From assembly GCF_004010195.1 (NCBI RefSeq), contig NC_057718.1, positions 78,916,676 through 78,980,433 on the forward strand: a stretch of 63,758 bases of DNA, in the 5' to 3' direction. A program made the position numbers and the translations under genes. The notes beneath the pieces are model-generated. The model had not been told where the DNA came from and ran no database searches. It saw only the letters and a list, made by a program, of their open reading frames with translations. Positions 34,646-47,567 of the stretch are shown piece after piece. This DNA comes from Chiloscyllium plagiosum. Taxonomy: Eukaryota. Position 1 is the stretch's first letter, and each line of letters starts with the position of its first letter.

Positions 34646-37600
34646 TCCTTTCTTCTTAAGTCAGGAACGTGGATAAATGTAATCCAGAGGATTCAAAGCT
34701 GTGAGGATACCTCAATGGATTTCAAATCCATCACCTTAGCCACTCATCCATAACTAGTGGTTACATCCATTGTGTACAACAGAAACCACAAGAAACATCA
34801 GAGCATAATTGAGCAATCATGATGTTGATGATATGGTTCAGGTGTCTGGCCAAATCAGAGGTTGCCCTTCTTATGTGACACAGTTATGATTTCCAAAATA
34901 GCCATTACAGGCTGAGACTTGCACAACTCTGCACACCACACTAATAGGGTATTACACATCAGGAAGGGAAAGGTTACGGAATGCTTTGAATTTTTAAAGG
35001 GTGGAGCAATATGTGGCCAAGAGTACCAATACACTCACACAATCTGCCAGGGAAGCCCAGATTCAGCAACCTTCAGTTAAACTAAGGTTGTGATATATAA
35101 AATCTGAACCCATGTTCCTCTAGCCCCCAAAACAAAACCATGCTAAAGCCTATAAATTCATCCCAATCACAGACACTATTACTCATCTTTAACTGTTTGT
35201 CCTGCCATTAAGCAGAAGCTAACTTGATAGCAGCAAGCAAATATGGGCAAATGGGATGGCTGATGGCTGTAATTAATTTAATTGTGTATAAACATGATTC
35301 AGAAGTATGGTAATGTAATAGCATGTTACACAGCCAAATGATTGCCATTGTGCAATTATAAATCCACTATCTTCCTTTCTCTACTCCAGTGATACTACCA
35401 AAGGCAGCAGTGCTACTGAGAAGCTGCTCAGATGTCAACGCCAACTGCCTGTTGCTCGAGGCTAATGACCTCAGTTTGAGAAAGCCCAGTCTCAGGCTGC
35501 TACCTGCACTTGTGTAGAGACAGACTTGGCATTTGGAATAGGAGGCAGCATGTTAGCTTCTGAATGATGGAGCAGGACAAGGAGTCAGAAGTGGAAATGC
35601 TCCAAGTAAATCTTCATTTCCATATCCTCTTTCTTCCCCTCTTGTCTCATCTGCATTTTCTACTAGCCAAGAAGTGAAGAACACTTCACTGTTTTTCGGT
35701 GCAATATTGAACAGAGAATGGATTATCCCATTCCTCAATATAGTAGTTTTCTGAGACTGCAGGTCATTGATTAGGATCTGATGGAATCAGTTGATACTAT
35801 GTCTAATGTACTACACAGGTAGCCAATCTGGCAAGGGACCAGAAACTATTTTTCATTTATATTAGATTAAGTTTGAGATCCTGAGTACTTATGAACTGAA
35901 TAAAGCCACAAGATTCCATGATTTGAAATAAATGAAATAAACTTTACTATAGAAAATTAGAAAAATAAAACAACCATGTCTGTGTACATACACAAATTTC
36001 AACATCTGGAATTAACATGAGGTAAATTTGGATTAACAAACTGCTCAAACACACTGAAAAGCATAACCAATAGTAGATGCAGTCAAGACAAATCCCATAG
36101 ATTTCTCACGAACCCATCCACACGCCAGTGACATCAGGTACCGCCAAATCTAATTAAGACTATGTCTCCTTTACAATAGATTTCAAGTCTTCACTTCCAA
36201 AGATCTAGCCTGGAAAGTCCCTCAGTGCCATCAACGTTTGCTTTAACAACATATTTCTCAATAAGTCAATCTCTTGCTGAGATTGTGCTCCCTTGAATTC
36301 TTGGGGCTGAATTCCAGCACCTAGTGATGGCACAATTCCAGCTCTTTTTCAGGCAGTTTGCTTTGCTAAGTTGGCACTGTTCCTGTATTTCTCTAAACCT
36401 CAATCTTCCTCAGCTGTACTGAGCAAGTATTGCTCATGAGCTTCCTTTGCTCTGTTCTCACTATCAAATATCTTATGCGATCTCAATGAGCCCCTCAGTT
36501 CATCAAAGCCAACAGCAGCACTTTAACCTTATGAAGACACCTTCTTTTGCTGCTCCTCTCTCTCCAACACATACCCTGTGGCTTTCCACTATTTTCTTAG
36601 TTCCTCTAGAGCTCTTCCAAGCCCTGATTGCCTGGAGACTGCTAACAATTTCACATTTACTGCTCAGAGCTTCTTCCCTCAACTCCCACCTGAATGATTA
36701 GCAGCCTGAAAGTAGTAAAAGCTTTCTGGTTTGACTCCCTCTGTCCAACTGAATGGGTCCCATTGCTTCCCTTTGCATGCTCCCCAGTCCTATAGTCCCT
36801 GTTTTACATCAGTTTCCACAATGCAAGTACATTATTCCTTTATGACCAGGTTCTTTGCTGGACAAAAAGGTTGGCAGATCAAATGAAACCTGTTATGTTG
36901 TTGCTATGTGCATGCATTAGAACTTATGGCCAATTGGGAAATGGAGACTGACTTCTATCTTTCTCCACTCCTGTGCGGTGCTTCTGCAAAAGCCAACAGA
37001 ATGTCAAACATTTCATGCTGCTGTCCCAGAACAGTCCTCCTCGTTGCCGGCTTCAGGATTAGCACTTGAATCCTGCTAAGTCTCAAGCTGGCTACGAGGG
37101 GGACTACTCTGTACAGAACAGAAGTTGAAGGGTGCTGTGCGCTCTGACAGGGACTGTCTGTTGTTATATACACCTGCCCCTACTACCTGTGGTGTTGCTT
37201 CATCCTCTGATAAACCAATTAATTTTGATTGCCCCAATGAGTGTATACATGAGCTGGTAGAAGGTGCATGCATTGTATTATGATTCATACACAGTGTGAA
37301 GCATCTCCCCCTGAGTATACCCTGAGGAGAATCTAAGAGGTGAGAAACTTGAATCAGAACTGACAAGCTGACAGGCTGTTATGTCATCTGCCTTAGTCAC
37401 GGAGTGAGTGTTATATATCATGTAACTGTGTAAAGTATAAGTCTGTAACCAGGTAGCTTGGAAACTCTCCATTCTTCATATCCTTAGTCAGCCAGGCTGG
37501 AAGTTACAATATCTTCTCCTCTAGAGCTGTCAAGGTAGAATTAACTGGGACAGCTATTCTGTGCTCTCTTTTGAAACAGAGGAAGATGAGACTGAAAACT

Positions 37601-37677
37601 GAGAAATTAAATGTTTTGAGGCGATGAATGATCAATGGTCTCATCAAACGTTGAGGCAGGCTCAAGGGGTTGAATGG

Positions 37678-37810
37678 GTAAAAGCAACAACTGCAGATGC
37701 TGGAAATCAGAGTCTAGATTAGAGAGGCGCTGGAAAAGCACAGCAGGTCAGGCAGCATCCGAGGAGCAGGAAAATTGAAGTTTCGGGCAAAAGCCCTTCA
37801 TCAGGACTCC
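37678..37810 (-). mobile_element. Single-arm PLE family A terminus with hammerhead motif
   Basis: 13-bp TSD aggggttgaatgg (37665-37677 / 37811-37823). Minus strand CUGAUGA-A-GGGC(UUUU)GCCC-GAAA-CUUC at 37777-37804. Confidence 0.8.
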
Positions 37811-39080
37811 AGGGGTTGAATGGTCTATTTCTACTCCAAATTGTATTTATGTAGGTTCAAGTCAATATTTATCCCTCAATCAACATAATAAAAAGATTAC
37901 CTGCTCATTATTGCATTACTGCCTGTGGAGGATAATGTGTATAAATGGGCTGCTACATTTCCAATACGACCCTGCAGGTTAAATATCCACAATGGTGATG
38001 CTGTTCAGCAAGCAGATAGGGTTAAAAATCAAGCCTGCAAATTTATTTAGTTATTTGGCGTGGGGTTGATGAGTTGTTGCATTTAAGCAAATTACAAAAA
38101 AAAATTTATATAAATGTGAAATGTTCTGCTTAATATTAATGTTCTGAAGACTTGAAATGTTAACTTTATTCCTCTTCCTGGATGTTACCTGACCAGCCAA
38201 GTTTCTCTAGCATTTGCTATTTTTTTCAGATTTCCAGCATCTGCAGTACCTTGCTTTTATTACAATAATATGTAGTTTTAAGAACATAAGGACAGATGTA
38301 CGCAATTTAGTCTCTCAAGCCTCTTCCACCATTCAACTGGTTCATGGCTGATTACACCTATGGAGAGACAAGAAAGATAATGGACATTGGTGTCATTGTA
38401 CAGGGAATCCAGTAACTGCATTATTCGCATCAAGCCAAGAGGCCATGAATAATAAACATTTGGTTTTGTTATTGTAGGAAATGATCCTTTGCGATTGTTA
38501 ATAATAATAAAGGGCTTATATTTATTTGTAGCAAAATAAATCTTCCTTATAATTATTGATTAATTTTTGAACATTTATGGTTGTCCAGCCCAGCCAATTT
38601 CTGCCCTCCAGCAAGGCATGAAGTTTGTTGAAGGGACTGAAAGACATTGGCTTTGGGCTTCTCAATCGTTAGCTGAAGAGAATTACTGCTCACCCATTAC
38701 CGAAATGTTGAACAAGCAATGTGACAATAGAGAGATGAAGGCTTGAGGCAGTTGGTGGTGAGAAAGAGCTGAATGATTCTCCATGAATTAGGCAGGCAGG
38801 TCATTTGCTAAACTTCATTTTAACATTTAAAGCCATCGCTGTGATTATCCATTTTTATTTAATTTTATTTCAGTTCTGTATTTTGAGTTGCTGCTTTCAA
38901 AGCTTCATATGTTGCATACTTATTAACAGGGTTTTCCTAGGTATCTCTCAACTTTCTGGAATGTGTGCATCACATTGCTACCTCAAGTGTCAACAGTACA
39001 ATGCATTTTTAGCTACTTTTAATCCAAACATATTCAGAGAGTGCACTCATCTTCATGCATGAAATGTTCCATAAGGATAC

Positions 39081-39131
39081 TTTCCTTCTCCAGAACTGAC
39101 CATGTGGAGTTCTTGGTCCTGGAGCCATAGA
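39081..39131 (-). CDS. Candidate first coding exon (51 nt) of an unidentified minus-strand gene, followed by a U12-type intron
   Basis: Strong acceptor ttctgtgttttttctcag|, ATG at 39128 giving MAPGPRTPHGQFWRRK, donor |GTATCCTTA. All three frames are open. Unique sequence 2.5 kb from the promoter. Confidence 0.55.
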
Positions 39132-39242
39132 CTGAGAAAAAACACAGAAGTCTAAACAAAAATGTACGGCTCTGCTTCAAATTATCATTTTTTTACACAA
39201 GAAGGATGAATCAATGATGTATGAGACTTGGAGTGCAGCATG

Positions 39243-39540
39243 ATTGCACGTGGTTAGCACCAAACCTGGGTTTGAGTCCAGCTTGGGTGACTATGTGTGG
39301 AATTTGCATGTTCTCCTCCTGTCTGTATGGGTTTCTGCCAGGTGCTCTGGTTTTCTCCCACAGTCCAAAGATATGCAAGTTAGATGGATTGGCAATGCTA
39401 AATTGCTCCATTGTGTGCAAGCTAGATGGATTAGTTAGGGTAAATTAAAGTCTATGGGGAAAGGATGGGGAGTGGTCTTTGGAAGATTGGTGCAGACTCA
39501 ACGGGCTGAAGAGCCTCTTTCTATACTTTAGGTATTCTGT
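39243..39540 (+). mobile_element. Older V-SINE
   Basis: Diverged V-domain and tail. Confidence 0.8.
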
Positions 39541-40388
39541 GAGAGTTGCCCAAATCTCCTCACAATGTTTTTTCTCTTATTTGGTCATTTGGAGAGCAAG
39601 AGAGTGCTCTTGAAATTAAACAGTGTTGGAGACCCACAGATATGGGAGGGAAGAAGTAAATATAAAAGGATTGGCAGAGAACTGCAGGTAGGCACTAGAT
39701 TATTTGACAAACCAGAGGTAAAGAGCATGGACTGAAGATGGTTTGGGGTTGAACAGCAGAGTGGACTTGGTGTGAACTTCAAGAGCAAGATTAAAAAAAA
39801 CTAAAAAAACTAGGTGCTTAATAGTTAGTAACAAAAGCAGAAATTGCTGGAAAAACTCAGCAGGTCCTACAGCATCTGTACAGAGAAATCAGTATTAATC
39901 CTCTGAAAAATGGGGAAGGGTCACTGGAACAGAAATGTTAACTCTGACTTCTCTCCACAGATGCTGCCAGACCTGCTGAGCTTTTCCAGTAATTTCTGTT
40001 TTTTGCTTCAGATTTCCAGAATCCACAGTTCTTTCCGTTTTTACTTGCTGATTAGTTAGTATCTGGTAACCTTTTATACAAGTCTTCAATAAGTCTTTCA
40101 TTTATTTCTGTTATGTTCAGTTAGTCTACAGAGATATGGTAGGACACCTCAGTCCACTTAATGCAAAAACTGAGCAAACTCCAGGATATTTCTCAAGGAC
40201 TGGATGAGCACATCTTCAGGAAGTGTGGTCAGCTGAAGCAGTTTGAGCTCTGCGTTTCAGAGCCTGAGCAGCAGCTCATTTCTCTCCAATATATCTGTGA
40301 AATTGGTTAGTAAGTTGCTGGATATCGCCATCATGTATTTTGAGTGAATATGCAATAGAGTAGCACCAGAATACACATCTTGCTGTCC

Positions 40389-40888
40389 NNNNNNNNNNNN
40401 NNNNNNNNNNNNNNNNNNNNNNNNNNNNNNNNNNNNNNNNNNNNNNNNNNNNNNNNNNNNNNNNNNNNNNNNNNNNNNNNNNNNNNNNNNNNNNNNNNNN
40501 NNNNNNNNNNNNNNNNNNNNNNNNNNNNNNNNNNNNNNNNNNNNNNNNNNNNNNNNNNNNNNNNNNNNNNNNNNNNNNNNNNNNNNNNNNNNNNNNNNNN
40601 NNNNNNNNNNNNNNNNNNNNNNNNNNNNNNNNNNNNNNNNNNNNNNNNNNNNNNNNNNNNNNNNNNNNNNNNNNNNNNNNNNNNNNNNNNNNNNNNNNNN
40701 NNNNNNNNNNNNNNNNNNNNNNNNNNNNNNNNNNNNNNNNNNNNNNNNNNNNNNNNNNNNNNNNNNNNNNNNNNNNNNNNNNNNNNNNNNNNNNNNNNNN
40801 NNNNNNNNNNNNNNNNNNNNNNNNNNNNNNNNNNNNNNNNNNNNNNNNNNNNNNNNNNNNNNNNNNNNNNNNNNNNNNNNNNNNNNNN
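40389..40888. other. Assembly gap, 500 N (others at 17017-17028 and 49917-50686)
   Basis: Runs of N. Confidence 1.
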
Positions 40889-41088
40889 TGTGGACCTAAT
40901 GAGTGAGTCATGGAGGGAACCGTCCCTACTGACATGCAGATATTTTTCCCAAGTCCCAACACCTCCCCCTATTTATTTCTCAGCCCCCTCCCCAGATCTG
41001 ATGAAGAATCCTGCCCGAAACGTCGGCTCTCCTTCCACTCGACCTTTTTCCAGCTCCGACTCTCCACCGCCTACAGTCCTCACTATCT
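40889..41088 (+). mobile_element. PLE family A terminus with degenerate hammerhead
   Basis: ctgatga at 40998 and gaaacgtc at 41017, stem II disrupted, ends cagtcctcact. Confidence 0.7.
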
Positions 41089-41649
41089 CCCACGAGTGGC
41101 TATGAGCCAGTGCATTTGCAGCAAAAAGCTGCTGGTGGTTCTTCCAGACAGGTTGGTGTCTGAATGGCCAGCAGAGCTTGACAGAGTGGCACCAATTACC
41201 ACGAAGAGAAAGACTGACCTCCACCAGCCAGCCAGCAAGCAAACACCCTCAACACAAATCAATTAACTTAAAAATCTCAACCCTTCGCCTGGAACCTACA
41301 CGAAATAAACGATAAAACCTTGCTGGGGAAACTCAGCAGGTCTGGCAACATCTGCGGAGAGAATAAAAAGTTACCATGTCGACTCCAGACACCGTTCTTA
41401 AGAGGTAAAATATCTTGATTTATGAAACAGCGGAAGCTTCCCCTCTGAGGGCCTGATGCAAAGAAAAACAAAATCACCACGGTTGGAAAAAGTAAGCAGC
41501 CGATTCCTTTCACCTTTATGTTCCTGGGGGATAGAAAACAGTTGACCTGTTCCTTCCCACGCGAATAACTGCAGTGAATTGATGTATTCGAGTTAATGTG
41601 CTTCAGGTTGATCAGACAATGGGAAATGAACACAGAGGTGTGCACACAC

Positions 41650-41725
41650 CTGGAGGCAGTGTTTTCAGTTGTTGTTGTTGTTGTTGTTGTCCGTCTTGCT
41701 GCCCTCTGCCGGCTGTAGCCGGTTG
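41650..41725 (-). other. Candidate non-coding first exon of the minus-strand gene
   Basis: Donor CAG|GTGTGT at 41650/41649, contains (AAC)n, no ATG. The start position is a guess. Confidence 0.4.
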
Positions 41726-42250
41726 CCCTAGTTACCACATACCGGTCGCAAGATGGCCGCCTCGGTAGTAGAGAGGCGCCCGAGTGCTGGCTGACGACTC
41801 AGTCCCTGCAGCTTGCAGCCACTGGGTGGACTCCCACCATTTGTTTCATTTTTTGCCTCCTTCCCCCTCTCCAGAAAACTTTTGAGTGCTTCTCTCTCTC
41901 TCTCTTTTGAAGACGGCAGCAGCAACAACAACTGGTCATGGCGTGCACTTTGCACCAGTAAGGCTACCGACATGGAACCGTCCGAGCTGCAGCCGCCTCA
42001 AATGCAAAGGTACAACAGAGGGCGACGGCTCGTGAGGAGAGGGAAGGGGCAAACGTTTTATGTACGTTTAAGCCAAGGGTTTGCAACGTGAAGGACGTTT
42101 CGAGAGTCAACCGAGCGGGGAGGGGTATATGCAGGGCTGCAGACTGGGCCGCAAGCAGCTCCTGCCAAATAGTGATCTCCCGGTGGCTAGCATAGGGCCA
42201 CAGCCCCCGCGTTTGCGCACAGCCACCCTCGCCGCTTCCTGCCACATAGT
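41690..42250. promoter_or_regulatory. CpG-rich, probably bidirectional promoter with RFX X-box-like and YY1 motifs
   Basis: Main non-repeat CpG-dense region of the window. GTTGCCCTAGTTAC at 41722-41735, CAAGATGGCCGCC at 41749-41761, splice donors pointing away on both strands. Confidence 0.75.
41972..42009 (+). CDS. Candidate coding end of exon 1 of an unidentified plus-strand gene (MEPSELQPPQMQ-)
   Basis: Strong Kozak gacATGG and donor AAG|GTACAA. Alternative: ATG 41938 with donor CCA|GTAAGG at 41957. No downstream exon identified in the window. Confidence 0.4.
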
Positions 42251-45200
42251 GCACAGAGGAAAAAATACTGCAGCTTTTAAATTGCACCTTGAAAAGGGGG
42301 AAAACCCCATGCAACATAATTTTAACTTCTTGCATTCTGTAGAAAAATGGATGAGGTTACGTATGCATACAGGTGTTTCGGCATAAGTTATAGTTACTTG
42401 CAGGAAATTGTTGCGAATGAGCGAGTTTCGTTTGGGAAAACACTGACAATAGTGGTCGGATTCTGCAGCAAAACAAAAAAAAGAACTAAATGCATAAAAA
42501 TAAATGCTCTGGAATGGCTGTGCTGCTGTTAAAAAAAAAATCTGAATCATTGAGCTGGTGGAGATGTTACAATACTTAACACATTCTCCTCGGCCCATTG
42601 ATACAAAGGAGTTTAGCAAAAGGTGCGTCAGGTCATGCACAATGTGCTCAAAACTGCACGAATGTAGTTCTGATAACAATGTTGGAGATTTATGAACATT
42701 CAAAAGTAACCGTTTGAAGAATTGTTACAGACCCTGCTTGCAGGGTGAAGTTAGGCTGATTTAGAATTGTATGGCAGTTTCTAAACTGGAGAAAGTCCGG
42801 CTGATCCCTCCACTCCCTCTTTACAGATAAACAGTCTCTAGAATTGCGAAGCTATGCTAAGTTCAACAGCTTTGTGACCCAGAGCTCGTGTCCACCTAAT
42901 TCTGTCTCACAGGACTAGGTGCATGGAAAACAGTTTTATATTGTTAGTTAAAAATCTTAATTGGTAACCTTAACATTTGTACCAGTATTTTTCTTTATCC
43001 TAAAAGCTGTACAGTGACTCCAGTGCCCGTAGGGCTCTTTTGTGTGCTAGAGTTGTTCTGAAACATTTTCTCCCCTCGTGGAACATCTAATGCATCAGTG
43101 AACAATTTATTCAGATTTAGCCGAATCTCAGGACTTTTACGTGCATTGACACGGTTTGTGCCAGAACCGGAATCTGGTGTTCACCGGAGGCGATGAAGTT
43201 GAAAAGAAGTGCAGATTGTTGGGTATCTTGTGGACGTGGTGTGGGTTGCTCGTTTTTTGAGAAGTCTACTAGTTGCAACGTAAATTCTGGGAAGAATATT
43301 CTAAATTCAGAGTTTGAGTGGGAGTTTGCGACAAATGTGATGTAGATTGAGAACAAATCCACAGATGCTGATGCTGAAAATAACTTTTTGCAATGTGATT
43401 AGCTCACGTTGCTTCTTTCCTTGTTTGTCTGGAAACTTGTATAGCCGATTGAGGAGAACTATTGTGCCGATCGGACGGCGGAGTGTTTCAAGCTGCGGTT
43501 TTAATGCACTTCAAGGGCAGCGCTGCATTTTCCGGAATATTTTGTTTTTCTAGGGTGCGGCCGTTTCGTTTGCAATTTAGTACGTCTAAGTAATGCTGCT
43601 ATGTGTTTATTCTGGAATTAAGGATGACTGAAGTTTGTGGTGCAGCAAGGCTTGTGATTAGCATGATGCTTTATGACCATTCTTTGCCATTTCTGAATAA
43701 CTGTTAGCACGCAAAATGCCAAATTATTTCTAATCGATTAATTTTCTCAACTAGCAAAATGTTGAGCTAAATCTTCGCAGGAATTATCTTCCTTTTCCTC
43801 ACTCTCTTTCTTTCCTACCCATCCCGAAATTAATTTCTGCCCTGGAGAGTGAGATAGGTGTAATTTTGCCCAAATTTTGGATGCGTAGAATTTCCCGTTT
43901 TTTTTCTTAAGGTCCCTGCCTTGGAATATTCCATGGCTGAGTCCATCTTTTTCTCTCTGAAGCTGAACCACTTGGTGTCTCATCTCACCCTGAGCTGAGC
44001 TCTCAGTCACATACCTGCTTTCATTAATAAGACCATCTTCTGAATGGCTTATCATTTCTTTGTTATCTCAAGTATTAAAGAATTAAAAATGCTTCCCTTG
44101 CTTGCGTCCTGTTAACTAACCTTCACAAACATAGGGTTTCTCTTTATCTTAGCACATAAGTTCTGTTCAAGCATCATGTGATCTCAGTTGGCTCCCCTTC
44201 TGTGAAGGCCTCATTCTGAACATTTTCCTGATCATCAGATCCTTCAATGGCTTTAGGTCTAAACTCTTGCAACTTGAGTGAAATGTTTAAGATCTGGAGG
44301 GGTCTTGTCATGGTGAATGTGGAAAAGATGTTTTAGAATCAAGAACCTAGGGGTCACTATTTCAAACATGAGAATTTCTTTTCTCGGTGGGTCATGAATC
44401 CTTGGATCTCTACTTCCAACATATTTTGTAGAGTCTTTGAATATATTTAAAGCAGAGTTAGATTCTTATTATACAAAGGATAAAAGGTCATGGGGTTAGA
44501 CTGGAATGTGCCGTAATCAGGTCAGTAATTCTTCATCTTAGTGTTCACACAGGCTTGAGGGGCAGAGTGGCCTTCTGATTCATGTGTTCTGCATCCTTTT
44601 GAAATCTCTGCTCACCTTCAGTTCCTTTTTTTTGTGTTCTTGATTTTCACGTGCTTTATCGGTTATAGCTATGCCTTCAACCACCTTGTGCTAAGATTTG
44701 GAATTGATTCTCGACATGCTCCATCTCTCTGCTTACGTTTTTTTTAAACCCTAACACTGACCAGGCTTTCACTTATTTGTCCTATTATATCTGTAAAATC
44801 TTGTTACATGAGATTCTAATGAAACGAGTTGGAAATAAAAGTTGTTGTTAGACTGGAATTTGGGACATGTAATTTGATGCAAATGGACCCATTGTACTAC
44901 TAGCTACCCACATGTTCACATCACAGTAGACTGCTTACTAAAGATATCTCTGCTGTGCTTCCTGAATCACTCATTTTAATATTTGTCAGCTAGAGTGTCT
45001 TGGAACCCTATTATGAAAATTCCACATATGTTTAAAAACAAAATGCTGGACTGACTATTGGATGAATCACCTAGGCATTCTTTTTCGGTGAAGGAATTGG
45101 TTTGTAATATTACAATTGTGAACTCTGAGCATGGGGATGTTTCATTATTTAATTAGCATAATTGTCCATCCAGGCCCCAGCATCTGAAGCTACTTTTGTC

Positions 45201-45424
45201 ATTGTGAAAATGAAAGTGACTGTTTTTCCCCCTCCTCCTCATTTCTTCCTTTGTTATTCAGTTACAAAAACTGCATGTGAAATTTCCCAACTCCTGATTT
45301 TTTCCTGTGATTAAATCATCATATGGATTTTTCAGCACTGCATTATTGTATACTTAGTGAATTAACACACAGGATAAAACTACATTTGAAAGAAATTATT
45401 ATATTTTCAAAACTTAAGCATGTT

Positions 45425-45995
45425 ATAGAGTCAGAGAGATGTACAGCATGGAAACAGTTACTTTGGTCCAACTCGTCCATGCTGATCAGATATCCAAAAT
45501 TAATATACTCCCATTTGCCAGCTCCTGGCTAATACCCCTTTTAAATCCTTCCTATTCATATACCTATCCAGATGTCTTTTTAAATGTTGTAATTATACCA
45601 GCCTCCACCACTTCCTCTAGCAGATCATTCCATACACTCATCACCCTCTGCGTGAAAAGGTTGCCCCTTAGGTCCCTTTTAAATCTTTCCCCATCTCACT
45701 CTAAACCTATGCCCTCTAGTTCTGGACTCCCCTACCTGGGGAAAAGACCTTGCCTATTTACCCTATCCATGCTTCTCATGATTTTATAAACCTCTATAAG
45801 GTTACCCCTCAGCTTCCAACATTCCAGGGAAAACCCCTCCAAGCGTTTTCAGCCTCTCCCTATAGCTCCAACCCTGGCAACATTCTTGTAAATCTTCTCT
45901 GAACCTTTTCAAATTTCACAGCATATCCTTCCTATAGGAGGGACACAAGAATTGCACGCAATATTTCAAATATGGCCTAACCAATATCCTGTCTC
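45425..45995 (-). mobile_element. CR1/HER1 LINE 3' fragment
   Basis: Reverse complement of the HER1-type ORF2 end and tail. Confidence 0.9.
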
Positions 45996-46204
45996 AAGGC
46001 ATTTAACAGCATTAAAGTTATGAAGTAGTTTTGTAGGATAGTCATCTTGAGAAGTGTAATGTAGGAATCAAACCAGCTGATCTCTGTGCAGCAACACCGT
46101 ACAAATGGCAGTGAATTGAGGACCGGATAATCTGACATTCTTTGAGAATAAATATTGGCCAGGACACTGAGAATGAATTCTTGCTCTTTGAAATAGCCCT
46201 GTAT

Positions 46205-47162
46205 AATAGAGTCATAGAGATGTACAGCACAACAGACAGCTCAGTCCGACTCATCCATGCCGACTCATATCCTAAATTAATCTAATGCCATTTGGCCCAT
46301 ATCCCTCTAAACCCTTCCTTTTTTTTAGATTTGATTAGATTCCCTACAGCATGGAAACAGGCCCTTCGGCCCAACAAGTCCACACCGACCCGCCGAAGCG
46401 CAACCCACCCAGACCCATTCCCCCCACACCTACCCCTAACACTACAGGCAATTTAGCATGGCCAATTCACCTAACCTGCACGTTTTTGGAATGTGGGAGG
46501 AAACCGGAGCACCCGGAGGAAACCCGCCCAGACACGGGGACAATGTGCAAACTCCACACAGAGTCGCCAGAGGCGGGAATTGAACCCGGGTCTCTGGCGC
46601 TGTGAGGCAGCAGTGCTAACCACTGTGCCACCGTGCCCCCCACTAATCATGTACATATCCAGATGTCTTTTAAATGTTGTGATTATATAAGCCTCCATCA
46701 CTTCCTCTGGCATTCATTCCTTACACTCAAGCCTCTGCGTGAAAAAGTTGCCCCTTAGGTCCATTTTAAGTCTTTCTCTGGCCTCCTCTACCCTGGGGAA
46801 AAGATTTTGACTATTGGCTCTCTCCATATCCCTCGTGATTTTATAAACCTCTATAAGGTCATCCCTTAGCTTCAGACTTTCCAGGGAAAATAGCCCCAGC
46901 TTATTCAGCCTCTTTCTGTAGCTTAAAACCTCCAACACTGGCAGCAACATTGTAAATTTTTTCTGAACTTTTTCAAGTTTCACAACCTCCTTCTGATAGG
47001 GAGGAGACCAGAATTGCACAAGGTATTCCAAAAGTGACCTAACCAATGTCCTGTACAGTCCCAACATGACCTCTCAATCCTATACTCCATGCGTTGATCA
47101 ATAAAGGCAAACGTACCAAACAAACCCCTTCACTACACAGTCTACCTGTGACTCCATTTTCA
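46205..47162 (-). mobile_element. CR1/HER1 LINE 3' fragment with nested HE1 SINE (46327-46640, -)
   Basis: Reads LYRTLVRSLLEYLVQFWSP...LEKVQKKFT; the SINE has A/B boxes and V-domain. Confidence 0.9.
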
Positions 47163-47567
47163 AGTAAGTTGCTTATATTCATTTAAGGTGGCAAGTGAGT
47201 CTTTGGTTTGTTAGCTCTGGCACTTTTAAGAGTCTTTATTACATTGAAGTTTCAGTCTATATTGTTTTTGAGTTTCTGAAAAGGGTTGAGTTTGCTAACT
47301 CAATGACTGTTACTCATGAATCAAAATAATACACCACTGCTGTATTTTGTTGTGAGAGCTGTGATGGTTTGGTTTCCAGATATTTAGTTGCAGGAAGTTT
47401 CCATGTTGGGCAAGCTATGTGACAAATTAGAGATGAAGTTGTTCAGAGAGATGGTGAGCTCAAGCTGGACGTTTTTCAGTATATATTTTCAAAGAGTACC
47501 ATGGACTTGAAAATTAATAGTTGTGAAACATGGAAAACAATGACAGTAACAGGGACATAACAGTTTA

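Noticed and set aside
37505..37545. Minus-strand CCTTGAC...AG as U12 acceptor
   Set aside because: Too close to the AG, followed by stops in all frames, and adjacent to repeat-like sequence.
40195..40280. Coding-like stretch DEHIFRKCGQLKQFELCVSE
   Set aside because: Resembles a decayed CR1 ORF1 N-terminal region rather than a host exon.
40276..41105. Long ORFs across N runs (also 49762-50900)
   Set aside because: Artefacts of assembly gaps.
42363..42378. ATGCATACAG|GT encoding MHTG, like the DYRK1A start exon
   Set aside because: Only 10 nt, weak donor (GTGTTT), upstream context does not resemble my recollection of that exon, and no further DYRK1A exons seen.
41277..42703. ORFs of 120-198 aa around the promoter
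   Set aside because: Non-ATG starts and low-complexity, GC-driven open frames with no recognisable domain.
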